A stretch of DNA of 64,000 nucleotides, taken from sequence record NC_047979.1; one strand, written 5' to 3'. Made by a program: the position numbers and the translations under genes. Under the pieces are notes generated by a model. That model saw nothing but the letters and a program-made list of their open reading frames with translations. It was not told the origin of the DNA and ran no database searches. This stretch comes from Escherichia phage Gostya9. The stretch's first letter is position 1, and the number at the start of each line of letters is the position of its first letter. This document shows, piece after piece, positions 1 through 8,891 of the stretch.

Positions 1-30
1 CCCCCGTTACTATTACTCTGCTAACTATTT

Positions 31-59
31 CACCTTGCAACCATTTTAATTGCAAGGTG
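31..59 (-). other. 10-bp-stem inverted repeat downstream of dmp stop
   Basis: caccttgcaa...ttgcaaggtg seen in sequence; no clear U-run on either strand, so not called a terminator. Confidence 0.35.
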
Positions 60-80
60 AAACAATTTCAACTTTAATTA

Positions 81-812
81 TTACGCGACTTTTAATTTCT
101 CAATATATTGTTGTGGGCTGCAACTATATTCTGCGCGTTCTTCTTCGGTCATACCTTCCCAACATAATTGCAAGCGGTCGGCTAGGAACTGATAATCATT
201 ATCATCTTCAAGAGATTCATCAATAAAGGTTTCGCCGATCAATGTGACGCCTATTGATAGAATATCGTTAACGGCTTGCGCGTCCAGCGTTTTAAATCCA
301 TATGCCGCCGCCGCTGATAATACGCCTTTATGATCATCAATCATCGTGAAATCAGCGTTCGGATATAGCTGTTTGAATAGCTCAAAGTAATGGCTTTTAT
401 AAACAGCGTCTTTACTGTGGTATATCTCGCTAACCTTATCAGCCGAAAAATATTTGTGCAGTGTATCGCGGGAAAATACGCGGATATTGCTATTCCCTCG
501 CCCGCGCAGACCTTGCTTGCGTAGAAAATAATAATCTGATTTGCCCATCAGTCGAGCGGTGCAGATAATGTTTTGCGTGTTGCCGTCATTCATACACTGG
601 CGCATATAGGTAACTAGCGGCAAAAGCGTATCCTGCATTATTAACTCATGTTTGCACGCTTCATTTTTATACTTATTTAAATCTAAATCGCCTTCAATAT
701 CAAAGCAAGGCGCTACACGGTGAGCGGAGTTAATGATCGTGCCGTCCAGGTCCCAAATCATTACGCGGGAAATATGCGGGTAATTGCGGGTAATATTCGT
801 TACTTGATTCAT
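81..812 (-). CDS. dmp: 5'-deoxyribonucleotidase, HAD superfamily (Dmp-like)
   Basis: 243-aa ORF; HAD motif I DLDGT near N-terminus; size and terminal position match the T5 pre-early dmp gene (recalled, not searched). Confidence 0.75.
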   Translation of the reverse strand: MNQVTNITRNYPHISRVMIWDLDGTIINSAHRVAPCFDIEGDLDLNKYKNEACKHELIMQDTLLPLVTYMRQCMNDGNTQNIICTARLMGKSDYYFLRKQGLRGRGNSNIRVFSRDTLHKYFSADKVSEIYHSKDAVYKSHYFELFKQLYPNADFTMIDDHKGVLSAAAAYGFKTLDAQAVNDILSIGVTLIGETFIDESLEDDNDYQFLADRLQLCWEGMTEEERAEYSCSPQQYIEKLKVA

Positions 813-886
813 TTTGTTACGTTCTCCATTAAAGGGATAAAATTAATTTAATCCAGCCCACTGGACGGGCTGGAGTATTTCAGTCA

Positions 887-1303
887 TTAAAATGCCAGAC
901 CATAAGCCAAAGCATCAGCAACAAAACTAATATCCTCGCCTGATACGCTGGAACGAATACCGGCGCATGTAAATACTTTTGCAGTCATTAACTGATCATC
1001 AAGACAAGCGGGACAAGGCGCGACAACTGCGAAAGCTAGGCCAGCTTTTACGGCGTCAATGATAGTCGTCTCTTGTTTCATCATATCAATGTAAACGCCT
1101 TTCGCCTTGATACGGCTTGATAGCTTGCCCGTGGTATATGCGAAAGTAGTGACCTGTAGCGCCTCATTAAACTCCAGCAAATCATCAACAACGTGCCCCG
1201 CCTCGACGTGATACCGCTCACCATTAGAATAAACTAGGACGATTGCAGACTGCGCGCGATCGAATGGGATACGGTTGTAAGTAGTCATTTTTATAAACTC
1301 CAA
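887..1303 (-). CDS. hypothetical pre-early protein
   Basis: 138-aa ORF between A1-like gene and dmp; shares the TTAATTGGAG ribosome-binding context with neighbouring pre-early genes. Confidence 0.5.
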   Translation of the reverse strand: MEFIKMTTYNRIPFDRAQSAIVLVYSNGERYHVEAGHVVDDLLEFNEALQVTTFAYTTGKLSSRIKAKGVYIDMMKQETTIIDAVKAGLAFAVVAPCPACLDDQLMTAKVFTCAGIRSSVSGEDISFVADALAYGLAF

Positions 1304-1358
1304 TTAATTTAATAAACTTTTATAGCGGCGGTATATTTCAACCGCTCGCCTGATTTAT

Positions 1359-3023
1359 TTACGCGAAAAATTTGCCGTTTTTAAAGTCGATTAACGTGCG
1401 CTGCCCGTTCGCATATGTAATTACATGCGTTTGCGTCCAGCTTGATGCGCCCACGTTATAGCCCATGTCGAGGCTGCCCGATACGCCAGCAGTATATACG
1501 CCGCCGTAAATGCTGGCGGTATGGGTATGCCCCGTGTTTAATTTGCCCAACTTTTTAAACTGTTTCGGATTGCCACGACTCCCGTTAATGCCGTTGTGAC
1601 CGTGTACACCACACTCAATGCCTGCAATTTTAAATGATTGATCAGTGGTCAGGAAAATGGCGTTAAATTCACAACCTGCAACCTTACGTAGCGCATAATC
1701 AAGCACGTTGAAAGTATCGTCATTTTCTGCAATAGCTCCATAGATCGCGGCATTCAGGCGGTGATATAGTTCCGCGTTTGCTGGATCGTCTTTAATGTTA
1801 GCATTACGATCATCCAGCCAGCGAGATAGCGCCAGATCGTGGTTTGATTCAACGATGATTGTTTGCGAGAAATCGCGCTCCATTGATTCCAATACGCGGC
1901 CAGTATCAATGAGATCGTCCAGAACTTTATCACGTCCGGCGGCGTATTGTTTCGCTAGGAATACGCCCGATGCGCGGTTATGGTGGTTGCGTGATGTAAA
2001 GTCATGCACATCATGCACAAACTGATATTTTGGCTTGAGAATATCAAGCAAACTATTTTCGCCCGCCCATGACGCTGCGGCGCACGCCTTATCTAATTTT
2101 TCAGCGTGCACGTCGCCATACTGTAAACCTAAAACATGCCCCGATGTTTCATAGCATCCGGCGGGAGTGGCGCAAATATTCAAATCATAAAAAACGCCGG
2201 TTTCATCCATCGTCTCAAGCTGGCGAACAAAAAATGCCCCGTCCTCGTCGAACTCGACAATCAGCGCGCCAAAGTTATGTAACGCTTCGGCTTTTTGTCC
2301 TGCTTTCTGCTGAATGTAGTTTTTTAGCGTTGCCGCTCCCGTTGAGTACATACGGCGCACTACTTCACCTTTGAGCGCTGGGACACTTTCGGCGGTGATT
2401 TTTGCCGCTCCAATTGCCAGACCTTCAAGATCAAGCGCTGTTGCAGTCTCAGCGAATCCAGAAAGCGGATAGTCTGCCGTTGGCAAAACATTAATTTCAG
2501 CCATGAAAGCAAAGCGGCGATTATTTAAAAACACGTTTTTGCTGCAAATATATTTATCAAATACGGAGTCATATTTGATCCCGTCCGCGCCTTCTCCATT
2601 CTGGAATCCTTTTTTGTTATAAATGAACTTGCTAACCAGCAAATCAGCGCCGATAAATTGGGCGTAATGTTCAAGTGAGGCTAAAAAGTTTTTATGCGGG
2701 AACGTGTTGTTCTGGATTGATGTTATAATAAAGCGTTTACCCTGCTTTACTTCCCACTGTTCAACCGTGCTAGAAACAATACCCGCCGCCTCTGGGCGCT
2801 CGTCGTTTTTAATGGCTTTTTCTACTTTCGCCGCCTTTGGTTTCGCTGGTTTATTTGCTTCTAACCAATCACAGATCGCGGTGGAATGTTTTGTTGTATC
2901 GTACACCGCTTTTGATATATCGTCGCAGACTTCCAATCTAGTAGCGCGCAGACGTTTACCGTAAAAATTAAAATCAGCGGCCAGCTTCAGGATAACGGTT
3001 TGTTTTTCTGCGGAAATAACCAT
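1359..3023 (-). CDS. A1: A1-like pre-early protein with C-terminal metallophosphoesterase motifs
   Basis: 554-aa ORF; GVHGHNG and GHTHT phosphoesterase-type motifs near C-terminus; size close to T5 A1 as recalled (~556 aa). Confidence 0.75.
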   Translation of the reverse strand: MVISAEKQTVILKLAADFNFYGKRLRATRLEVCDDISKAVYDTTKHSTAICDWLEANKPAKPKAAKVEKAIKNDERPEAAGIVSSTVEQWEVKQGKRFIITSIQNNTFPHKNFLASLEHYAQFIGADLLVSKFIYNKKGFQNGEGADGIKYDSVFDKYICSKNVFLNNRRFAFMAEINVLPTADYPLSGFAETATALDLEGLAIGAAKITAESVPALKGEVVRRMYSTGAATLKNYIQQKAGQKAEALHNFGALIVEFDEDGAFFVRQLETMDETGVFYDLNICATPAGCYETSGHVLGLQYGDVHAEKLDKACAAASWAGENSLLDILKPKYQFVHDVHDFTSRNHHNRASGVFLAKQYAAGRDKVLDDLIDTGRVLESMERDFSQTIIVESNHDLALSRWLDDRNANIKDDPANAELYHRLNAAIYGAIAENDDTFNVLDYALRKVAGCEFNAIFLTTDQSFKIAGIECGVHGHNGINGSRGNPKQFKKLGKLNTGHTHTASIYGGVYTAGVSGSLDMGYNVGASSWTQTHVITYANGQRTLIDFKNGKFFA

Positions 3024-3120
3024 AATATTAAAACTCCATTAAAGGGATTAAGAACGTTTGTTATTGGCAAATATTGCCAAATATAACGCTGCTTATTAAC
3101 AGCGTTATAATTTGCAATAC

Positions 3121-3366
3121 TTAATTAAGCGGCATCAGGCTAGAACTAACACCACAAACAACGGCGGCAATAAAACAAAATAAGCCTAAACGCTTTGCCA
3201 GCTTTGACTTGCGTTTAAAATAATACGAATCCAGATCATTTTGGAAATATGCAAACAATAATGAGGCCGCCACAATAAATAAGCCTAGAATTAACGATTC
3301 AGTGGGATAAAAGATCATTTTAATAATTCCAGTTAAAGGGAAATTATAGTGGGGAGTATTCCCCAC
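3121..3366 (-). CDS. small membrane protein
   Basis: 81-aa ORF with two hydrophobic segments. Confidence 0.45.
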   Translation of the reverse strand: MGNTPHYNFPLTGIIKMIFYPTESLILGLFIVAASLLFAYFQNDLDSYYFKRKSKLAKRLGLFCFIAAVVCGVSSSLMPLN

Positions 3367-3375
3367 TAATTAAGT

Positions 3376-3792
3376 TTATTCACCTGCTGACTGTTTTACT
3401 TCATCTGCTACGCCTAGTAATTGCGCTACGGCGTCCAGCGTTTCTAATTTTGCGCTTTCCAGGCTTGCCAGATCGTCAGCGTCTTTGATAATGCCGGAAT
3501 CAATGGCGTGTTTTGCAATTACACGCACATAATGCGCCTTGCGGATTGAACTACCGCCGCCAACTTTGCGCGGTTTATCGCTTTTCTGATACGCTTTTGC
3601 GCTGGTCAATTTTGAGCGAACAGACACAGGGGAAGTAGCGCCCACTGTTTTGGCGATCTCTTTCAGGCCGTCGCTGTTGGCGAACTCAAGGCCGTTTTCA
3701 TTGATTAACTGCTGATACATAGAAACGGCTTTTTGGGTATTTTCTTCATTCCATGCAAATTTTGCGGATTTTTCGGTTTTAACGTTAGTCAT
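3376..3792 (-). CDS. putative HTH DNA-binding pre-early protein (possible A2-like)
   Basis: 138-aa ORF; helix-turn-helix-like segment LKEIAKTVGATSPVSVRSKL; conserved RBS context; A2 assignment is a guess. Confidence 0.45.
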   Translation of the reverse strand: MTNVKTEKSAKFAWNEENTQKAVSMYQQLINENGLEFANSDGLKEIAKTVGATSPVSVRSKLTSAKAYQKSDKPRKVGGGSSIRKAHYVRVIAKHAIDSGIIKDADDLASLESAKLETLDAVAQLLGVADEVKQSAGE

Positions 3793-3893
3793 GGTATAAA
3801 CTCCAATTAATTTAATTTAAGGGATAAGATTAACATAATGTTAATCGTTATATTTCCCCGAACTATTGGGGAAATATAAAGTTAACACTAAAC

Positions 3894-4145
3894 TTATGCT
3901 ACAGCTTCCCATTTTTCGTTACGCTGGGCAACCTTTACAACGTCGCCAGATTTAACGCGAACGCTAAAAACGGTTTTTCCGTTGTTGCTACGTTCCGTTT
4001 CTGCATATACTGCATCAATTACATCAAAAGGCATAAGCGCCGCGCCTTTGATGCGTTCGGCTTTTCCGGTTGCCTCGTCCGTTTTAGTAACGAAAGGGAT
4101 GAAAACGGATTGACCAATTTTTGGCGCGGTGATAGCGTTTTTCAT
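3894..4145 (-). CDS. hypothetical protein
   Basis: 83-aa ORF with GGAG RBS context upstream. Confidence 0.45.
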   Translation of the reverse strand: MKNAITAPKIGQSVFIPFVTKTDEATGKAERIKGAALMPFDVIDAVYAETERSNNGKTVFSVRVKSGDVVKVAQRNEKWEAVA

Positions 4146-5200
4146 GGTATAAACTCCAGTTATTTGATGGATTGTTCCGCATTACCTGCTAGAAAAGGGA
4201 TAACAGGTAATGGGTAACGATCCGTTCGCCGTTAAAATCAATTTAAGGAACTCCACACAGGCCGCTATATCCCGTTAGGGGGCGGGACACCTTATGGCAA
4301 GTGCCGGCCGTCAAATTGTACCAAGTTATTGCTCTTGTTGAATCGGGTACATCTTAAAGCCCATCGGCTAGGGTGTCAAATTATTTTTCGTTTTCTTTTA
4401 AATTAGAATTCTCCCAACTGAATTGCATCTCGCAAAATATTTTCCCATCTTTATGATGGTAAGATATTTCGCTCCCGTGGTTAGCACAAAAAGCGATCAC
4501 TGCCTCAGCTTGTTCCACCGTGATATTGTTAGCCGTTTCTTTGATTTTCATATCGTCGATTCCTTATAAGGTTAATAAGTTTGCCGCCGATAGGCTTTAA
4601 GGTGTACCTGATTTTTAAAGAGCGCGCGGCGGTAAACTCCCCGCCGTGTAGTCCGTTGCCGTCCTACGAGATAAATAATAGGGAATACCCAAAAATGGTG
4701 CAACCTTAATTTTGTAAAGAAATGTAAAGAAAGCAAATACTCGCACCGCGTCCGGTGATCGCCCAAGTTTAAAGGAAACGAGCGCGTGGATACCATAAAA
4801 CCGAGCTGATTGGCAAGTAATTTTTTCATTTTTATTTGCCTTGCCCTACTTGACAAATTCTAAAAAGCTCGTGGTGACGATAAACGGGCTGCCCCTTTAT
4901 GATGGGATACCTGAAAAAATTATCGCGTTAGAAAGCGTTTTTGGCCGCTTATTTTCGATTTAACAAATATTTAACAAAAGCAAAAATGAAAAATAGTTTG
5001 AAAAGGCATTGACTTTTAAAAATCAAGACTAAATGAGTTATTTTATAAAATTAATTAATTGACTTTTATTTGTTGTTGTGTAGTAGAAAGATAGCAGACT
5101 AATAATTACTAGAATGATAATCATGCTGGTGGGTTGTAACAGCCTGAACTATTAGCAGACTACTGATCCCGGAAAATATCATTAGCCAACTAACTATTCC

Positions 5201-5340
5201 ATAAGTTATAATAATTATAGAAATAATAACTATAGAAATAATAACTATAGAAATAATAACTATAGAAATAATAACTATAGAAATAATAACTATAGAAATA
5301 ATAACTATAGAAATAATAACTATAGAAATAATCACCGTTA
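5201..5340. repeat. 15-bp tandem repeat (TATAGAAATAATAAC), about 8-9 copies
   Basis: period-15 repetition read directly; produces the artefactual pentapeptide-repeat ORFs 5099..5350 and 5190..5414. Confidence 0.9.
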
Positions 5341-5394
5341 TAATAATCACTATAAGAAACTAATCGGCCTAAGTGAGAACCACTATCATTTAAG

Positions 5395-5486
5395 TTATCC
5401 ACAATGTTATCCACAGCACAAAATGATTTGACACGATAGGCGGCGATATAAGGACTTATCCACAGACTTATCCACAGGTTATCCTA
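5395..5486 (+). promoter_or_regulatory. cluster of four perfect DnaA boxes (TTATCCACA) plus one imperfect
   Basis: TTATCCACA at about 5395, 5407, 5456 and 5468, all same orientation; matches E. coli DnaA box consensus. Confidence 0.7.
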
Positions 5487-5504
5487 CTGTATATTTATAC
5501 AGGG
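5485..5504. promoter_or_regulatory. LexA (SOS) box-like palindrome
   Basis: TACTGTATATTTATACAGGG versus consensus TACTGTATATATATACAGTA; CTGT-N8-ACAG core intact. Confidence 0.6.
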
Positions 5505-5871
5505 TAAAAAGATAGTGTTTACAACTGCAATCAATTTTACGCGGCCTAAATCGCTTTCTAACGGGCTGATCGCTGTAGGGTAATATTAAAGTAAAGCCTC
5601 CAGCCGTTGCCCTGGAGGCTTCGCCGTGGTTTGCTCTTTACTGCACCGCTGCGCGGTTAGCATAAAACTAGGTGTTAGGCAAGAAAATAAAAAGTAAAGT
5701 AAACGTTGCCCCTAGAAAGAAAATAATTTTACCGGTAACATCGAAAGCGGGTAATAATTAACCTAGTGTAAAGTTTTGTAAGGCCAGCCATAATCGGCGG
5801 CCTTTATTGTTATAATGCCCTTACACCGTTTAAGGACGGTTAAAAATTTCCCACTAACTAGGAGAAGAAAA

Positions 5872-6051
5872 ATGGTTATTTTTCGATCTGTTCTGGCCGG
5901 TATCTTGGGCGCTATTCTGACTCTTTTTGCTACCGCTTACGGTATCCAGGATTCTTATTGTGGTTTAGTAAATACTAAACCGATGGTTATTATTGGCGCG
6001 GGTATCGCTGTTTTTTCTTATCTGCTGGGCTGCATGAATAAAGGGGAATAA
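5872..6051 (+). CDS. small membrane protein
   Basis: ATG preceded by AGGAGAAG RBS; 59 aa, two hydrophobic segments; first gene of a 4-gene plus-strand mini-operon. Confidence 0.45.
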   Translation: MVIFRSVLAGILGAILTLFATAYGIQDSYCGLVNTKPMVIIGAGIAVFSYLLGCMNKGE

Positions 6052-6052
6052 A

Positions 6053-6265
6053 ATGATCCGTAACGTTTCCCTTGCTCGTTCCAAAGGTTTTAAGCTGGTG
6101 GATGTAAACACGTTCGAGCGTCCTGATTGTAAAATCGAATATGTAGCGCGGAATAAAAACGCCTTTCGCGTTACAGAAAAGAGATTCGATAAGCGCGGCA
6201 ACATGATAATTGAAACGGTTAAATATTTTGCCACCTTTTACGCGGCCTTTCGTGGGGTACTATGA
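6053..6265 (+). CDS. hypothetical protein
   Basis: 70-aa ORF; start overlaps upstream stop (TAAAATG). Confidence 0.4.
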   Translation: MIRNVSLARSKGFKLVDVNTFERPDCKIEYVARNKNAFRVTEKRFDKRGNMIIETVKYFATFYAAFRGVL

Positions 6266-6369
6266 AGAGCGTTGTTATTGTTATCCTTGCAATGGTTGGC
6301 GGTTTTACTGCCACCTTATTAAAAAATGATCCTCTTTTATTGGGGGTTTTTATGCTTTTATCTGGTTAT
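6262..6369 (+). CDS. small hydrophobic protein (35 aa)
   Basis: ATG overlapping upstream stop; hydrophobic sequence; below the ORF-track size cutoff. Confidence 0.3.
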
Positions 6370-6388
6370 CTGATCGGGAGGTTATAAA

Positions 6389-6733
6389 ATGGTGATTTAT
6401 GAAGGTGATCGCTTTATTGCTGATTGCCGTCCGGCATTGTTAGCAAACTATTTAAATCAGCTTTCGCCAGTATATAAAGGCGTCCTAAATATTTATGAAG
6501 GTGAGGCGCATTATAAGGTCAATGCGGTCGTCGCCCGTGAACTAGCGTTTCAATTTTTGACCTTTGCATCTTGCGGTATTCAGGTCATGGGTGAAGCGTT
6601 AATAGCAGAAAATGAAGATGATTTTATTAATATCTTCCGCAAAATATGCACCGAGCGCCTGATAATGAAAGGGGCGTATATTCAATCAACTGCGGATAGT
6701 ATTGAAACGGCTTTTAGAAAGGGGGCACAATGA
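6389..6733 (+). CDS. hypothetical protein
   Basis: 114-aa ORF preceded by GGGAGG RBS. Confidence 0.45.
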   Translation: MVIYEGDRFIADCRPALLANYLNQLSPVYKGVLNIYEGEAHYKVNAVVARELAFQFLTFASCGIQVMGEALIAENEDDFINIFRKICTERLIMKGAYIQSTADSIETAFRKGAQ

Positions 6734-6859
6734 AGCTATATATTTTCGCGGGTAATGTTGAGGCTGCAAATGATTCCGCTGGTGGCGATAACGTTCGCCA
6801 TTATTGGCAAAATTATATTTACTAGGCGTAATAATCACGGGGCACAACTATCAGGGAGT

Positions 6860-6892
6860 GCCCCTGATTCTCAAATGAGAATGATTCTCATT
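6860..6892. repeat. palindrome AAATGAGAATGATTCTCATTT
   Basis: perfect inverted repeat; related palindromes recur at 7355-7380, 7553-7575 and 7588-7615. Confidence 0.7.
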
Positions 6893-7095
6893 TGACCGCG
6901 CCCGCTATGGTTAGCCTGCTAATGATTAGGGTGTTACGTGTCACCTTGCGTGATCGTTAGCCTGCAAATGATTAGCCTGCAAATGATTTGACCGCGCCCG
7001 CGATGGTTAGCCTGCAAATGATTAGCCTGCAAATGATTAGCCTGCAAATGATTAGGGTGTTATTTGTCGCCTTGTGTGATGGTTAGCGGGCTAAC
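6889..7095. repeat. two copies of a ~75-100-bp direct repeat containing 15-bp subrepeats (GATTAGCCTGCAAAT)
   Basis: TTTGACCGCGCCCGC..GGTTAGCCTGC..AGGGTGTTA unit seen twice with 2-3 tandem 15-mers inside. Confidence 0.8.
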
Positions 7096-7213
7096 TAATT
7101 TTCAAGCCTTCTTCAATTTTGCCCTTGTTTTAGTATCCCCACCAAAATAAAACGCGTTAGAAAGCGATTCAGGGCGTTTTAGGCCTATATTAGAATTATT
7201 CACTGCGTAGGAA

Positions 7214-7233
7214 TACTGTATAAATATACAGTA
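7214..7233. promoter_or_regulatory. LexA (SOS) box-like palindrome
   Basis: TACTGTATAAATATACAGTA, one mismatch to the LexA consensus; exact reverse complement of the 19-bp segment at 5484-5502. Confidence 0.65.
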
Positions 7234-7242
7234 GAATAACCT

Positions 7243-7323
7243 GGGGATAAGTCGGTGGATAACGCTTCAAAATGGCTAGAATTTTGTCAAGGCAAATCGT
7301 GCTGTTGATAAGTCTGTGGATAA
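7243..7323 (-). promoter_or_regulatory. DnaA-box cluster, opposite orientation to the 5395 cluster
   Basis: TGTGGATAA perfect at about 7315; GGTGGATAA and weaker GGGGATAAG / TTGATAAG nearby. Confidence 0.55.
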
Positions 7324-7340
7324 CTTAAATAACAGTGTTT

Positions 7341-7620
7341 CTCACTTCCGTTTTTAAATGCGAATCATTATCATTTGCACTCCACTTCTTGAATAGTTCT
7401 CATTCCACTTCTTGAATAGTTCTCATTCCACTTCTTGAATAGTTCTCATTCCACTTCTTGAATAGTTCTCATTCCACTTCTTGAATAGTTATCATTCCAC
7501 TTTTTAAATGATAATCATTCCACTTCTTAAATGATAATCATTTCACTTTTTAAATGAGAATGATTATCATTCGCATTCCACTTCTTAAATGCGAATCATT
7601 CTCATTCGCATTTAGGCGAG
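7341..7620. repeat. 23-bp tandem repeat array (CCACTTCTTGAATAGTTCTCATT, about 9 units with variants) containing palindromic sub-sites
   Basis: five near-identical units followed by diverged units; embedded palindromes AAATGCGAAT..ATTCGCATTT. Confidence 0.85.
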
Positions 7621-7636
7621 CAGGGCAATTGCCCTG
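7621..7636. repeat. perfect 16-bp palindrome CAGGGCAATTGCCCTG
   Basis: read directly. Confidence 0.7.
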
Positions 7637-7643
7637 CGCTTAT

Positions 7644-8443
7644 GTGCAAATCCGACAATTGCTCCAAGGGTTACGCGTGGGCATGTATGTGCAAATCCGA
7701 CCCATTTTTTGGTAGTGTGCAAATCCGACCCTAAAAATTTATAAATTCGTGAGAGTGACGAATCTGTCTCCCAAAAACTCCAGCAATCACGAACTGCGTT
7801 CGAATCCTGTGGGGTATGTGCAAATCCGACACGGTTTTTCTAGGATTAAGATGTGCGAATCCGATGAAATTTTTGTGACTTCGATGAGAGGGTGTGTGAT
7901 TGTATAGGTTTGAGGAGAAGGTGAGAGAGCGGGAGAAATTTTGGGACTAGAAGGATGTGGGCGCAGGATTGGTGCGGAGCACCTGATTTGCGGGGGTTTT
8001 GGGGGATAGTTGAGGTAATTTGGGGAAATTTGAGATAGGTGCAGAAAAAGTAAAATTTTATTAGCTAAATGGGGCAAAATAGCTTGACGAGTGAAAATTC
8101 TTGTGGCTCTAAAAACTCAGGCAATCACGGGCCTTCGGCCCGAAATAATGCTGCCATTTTCAGGAGATTATATGTTCCTAAAAACTTAGGCGTTTGTGCA
8201 AATCCGACCATAAGTTTCTAGAAACACAATGTACAAAACCGACAGTAATTTCTGGGAATGTGTTTTCAAAAAATGTCTTCTAGAAATAACCGCCCTCCCT
8301 ATAACCGCCCTATATTAACCGCCTATGCTAGAGTTTCTAGGAACAATGAAAACTGCCCTAGAATTTGTGCAAATCCGATGAATATTTCTGTGTGATCTCT
8401 AGAATTTATACTTATCAATTTCCTAGAATATGTGCAAATCCGA
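7644..8443 (+). repeat. dispersed direct repeat family TGTGCAAATCCGA(C/T), at least 8 copies, same orientation
   Basis: copies near 7644, 7688, 7716, 7817, 7853 (variant), 8194, 8365 and 8430; frequently followed by a T-run; one extra copy inside CDS at about 10107. Confidence 0.8.
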
Positions 8444-8495
8444 TGAATATTTTTGTGTGATCTCTAGAATTTATGCTTATCAATTTCCTAGAAAC
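8358..8495. repeat. ~70-bp tandem duplication
   Basis: TGTGCAAATCCGATGAATATTT..TCTCTAGAATTTAT..CAATTTCCTAGAA present twice in tandem with 3 substitutions. Confidence 0.8.
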
Positions 8496-8891
8496 TTAGG
8501 AGTCTGCTAGAAAGTGTTGAGCCATCCTAGCAGATGAGCGGCAACCGGTGTATCATCTTGAACACAGATATTGCCTTTAAATTTTTTATCAGTTATTTTT
8601 AAATATAAGATCCCCCAAGGTTCTCATATAGAGCTTTGCCCCCGCCAGAAGGTCTCGTGATGTTTCTAGTAATCTTTATTAAATTACCTATTGACTTGTC
8701 CTGTCGCTCCGTAACCTACGCTACAAGTCAGTAATTTAAGATTCCTGAACCACCACACCTTCTGTGTGGCAACTCTAAATGGTTAATTCTATTAACTCAT
8801 AGAGTTATGATAACATACATTTAGCTATCTGTCAACGAGAGTTTGTATTATTGTCTCGGTACAGGTATTGTGCACCGAGACTTGCAGAGTA

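Noticed and set aside
31-59. Hairpin after dmp as a rho-independent terminator
   Set aside because: 10-bp stem is real but there is no U-run on either strand, so it is listed only as an inverted repeat.
1795-2964. Plus-strand ORFs inside the A1-like gene (1795..2025, 2069..2374, 2704..2964)
   Set aside because: Antisense to a long, motif-bearing CDS; Arg/Ser-rich composition typical of antisense frames in GC-rich DNA.
4572-4856. ORF 4572..4856 (94 aa, minus)
   Set aside because: Arg-rich low-complexity translation with no RBS in an otherwise non-coding promoter/operator region.
5099-5414. ORFs 5099..5350 and 5190..5414 with pentapeptide repeats (IISIV / YYFYS)
   Set aside because: Both are read-through translations of the 15-bp tandem DNA repeat on two frames; no RBS and no protein-like composition.
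7787-8077. ORF 7787..8077 (96 aa, minus, Pro/Ser-rich)
   Set aside because: It is the complement of the purine-rich G-run island and dispersed repeat motifs; composition-driven, not protein-like.
5201-8495. Possible CRISPR array
   Set aside because: The repeats are head-to-tail tandem or dispersed motifs without unique spacers of regular length, and there are no cas genes; not CRISPR.
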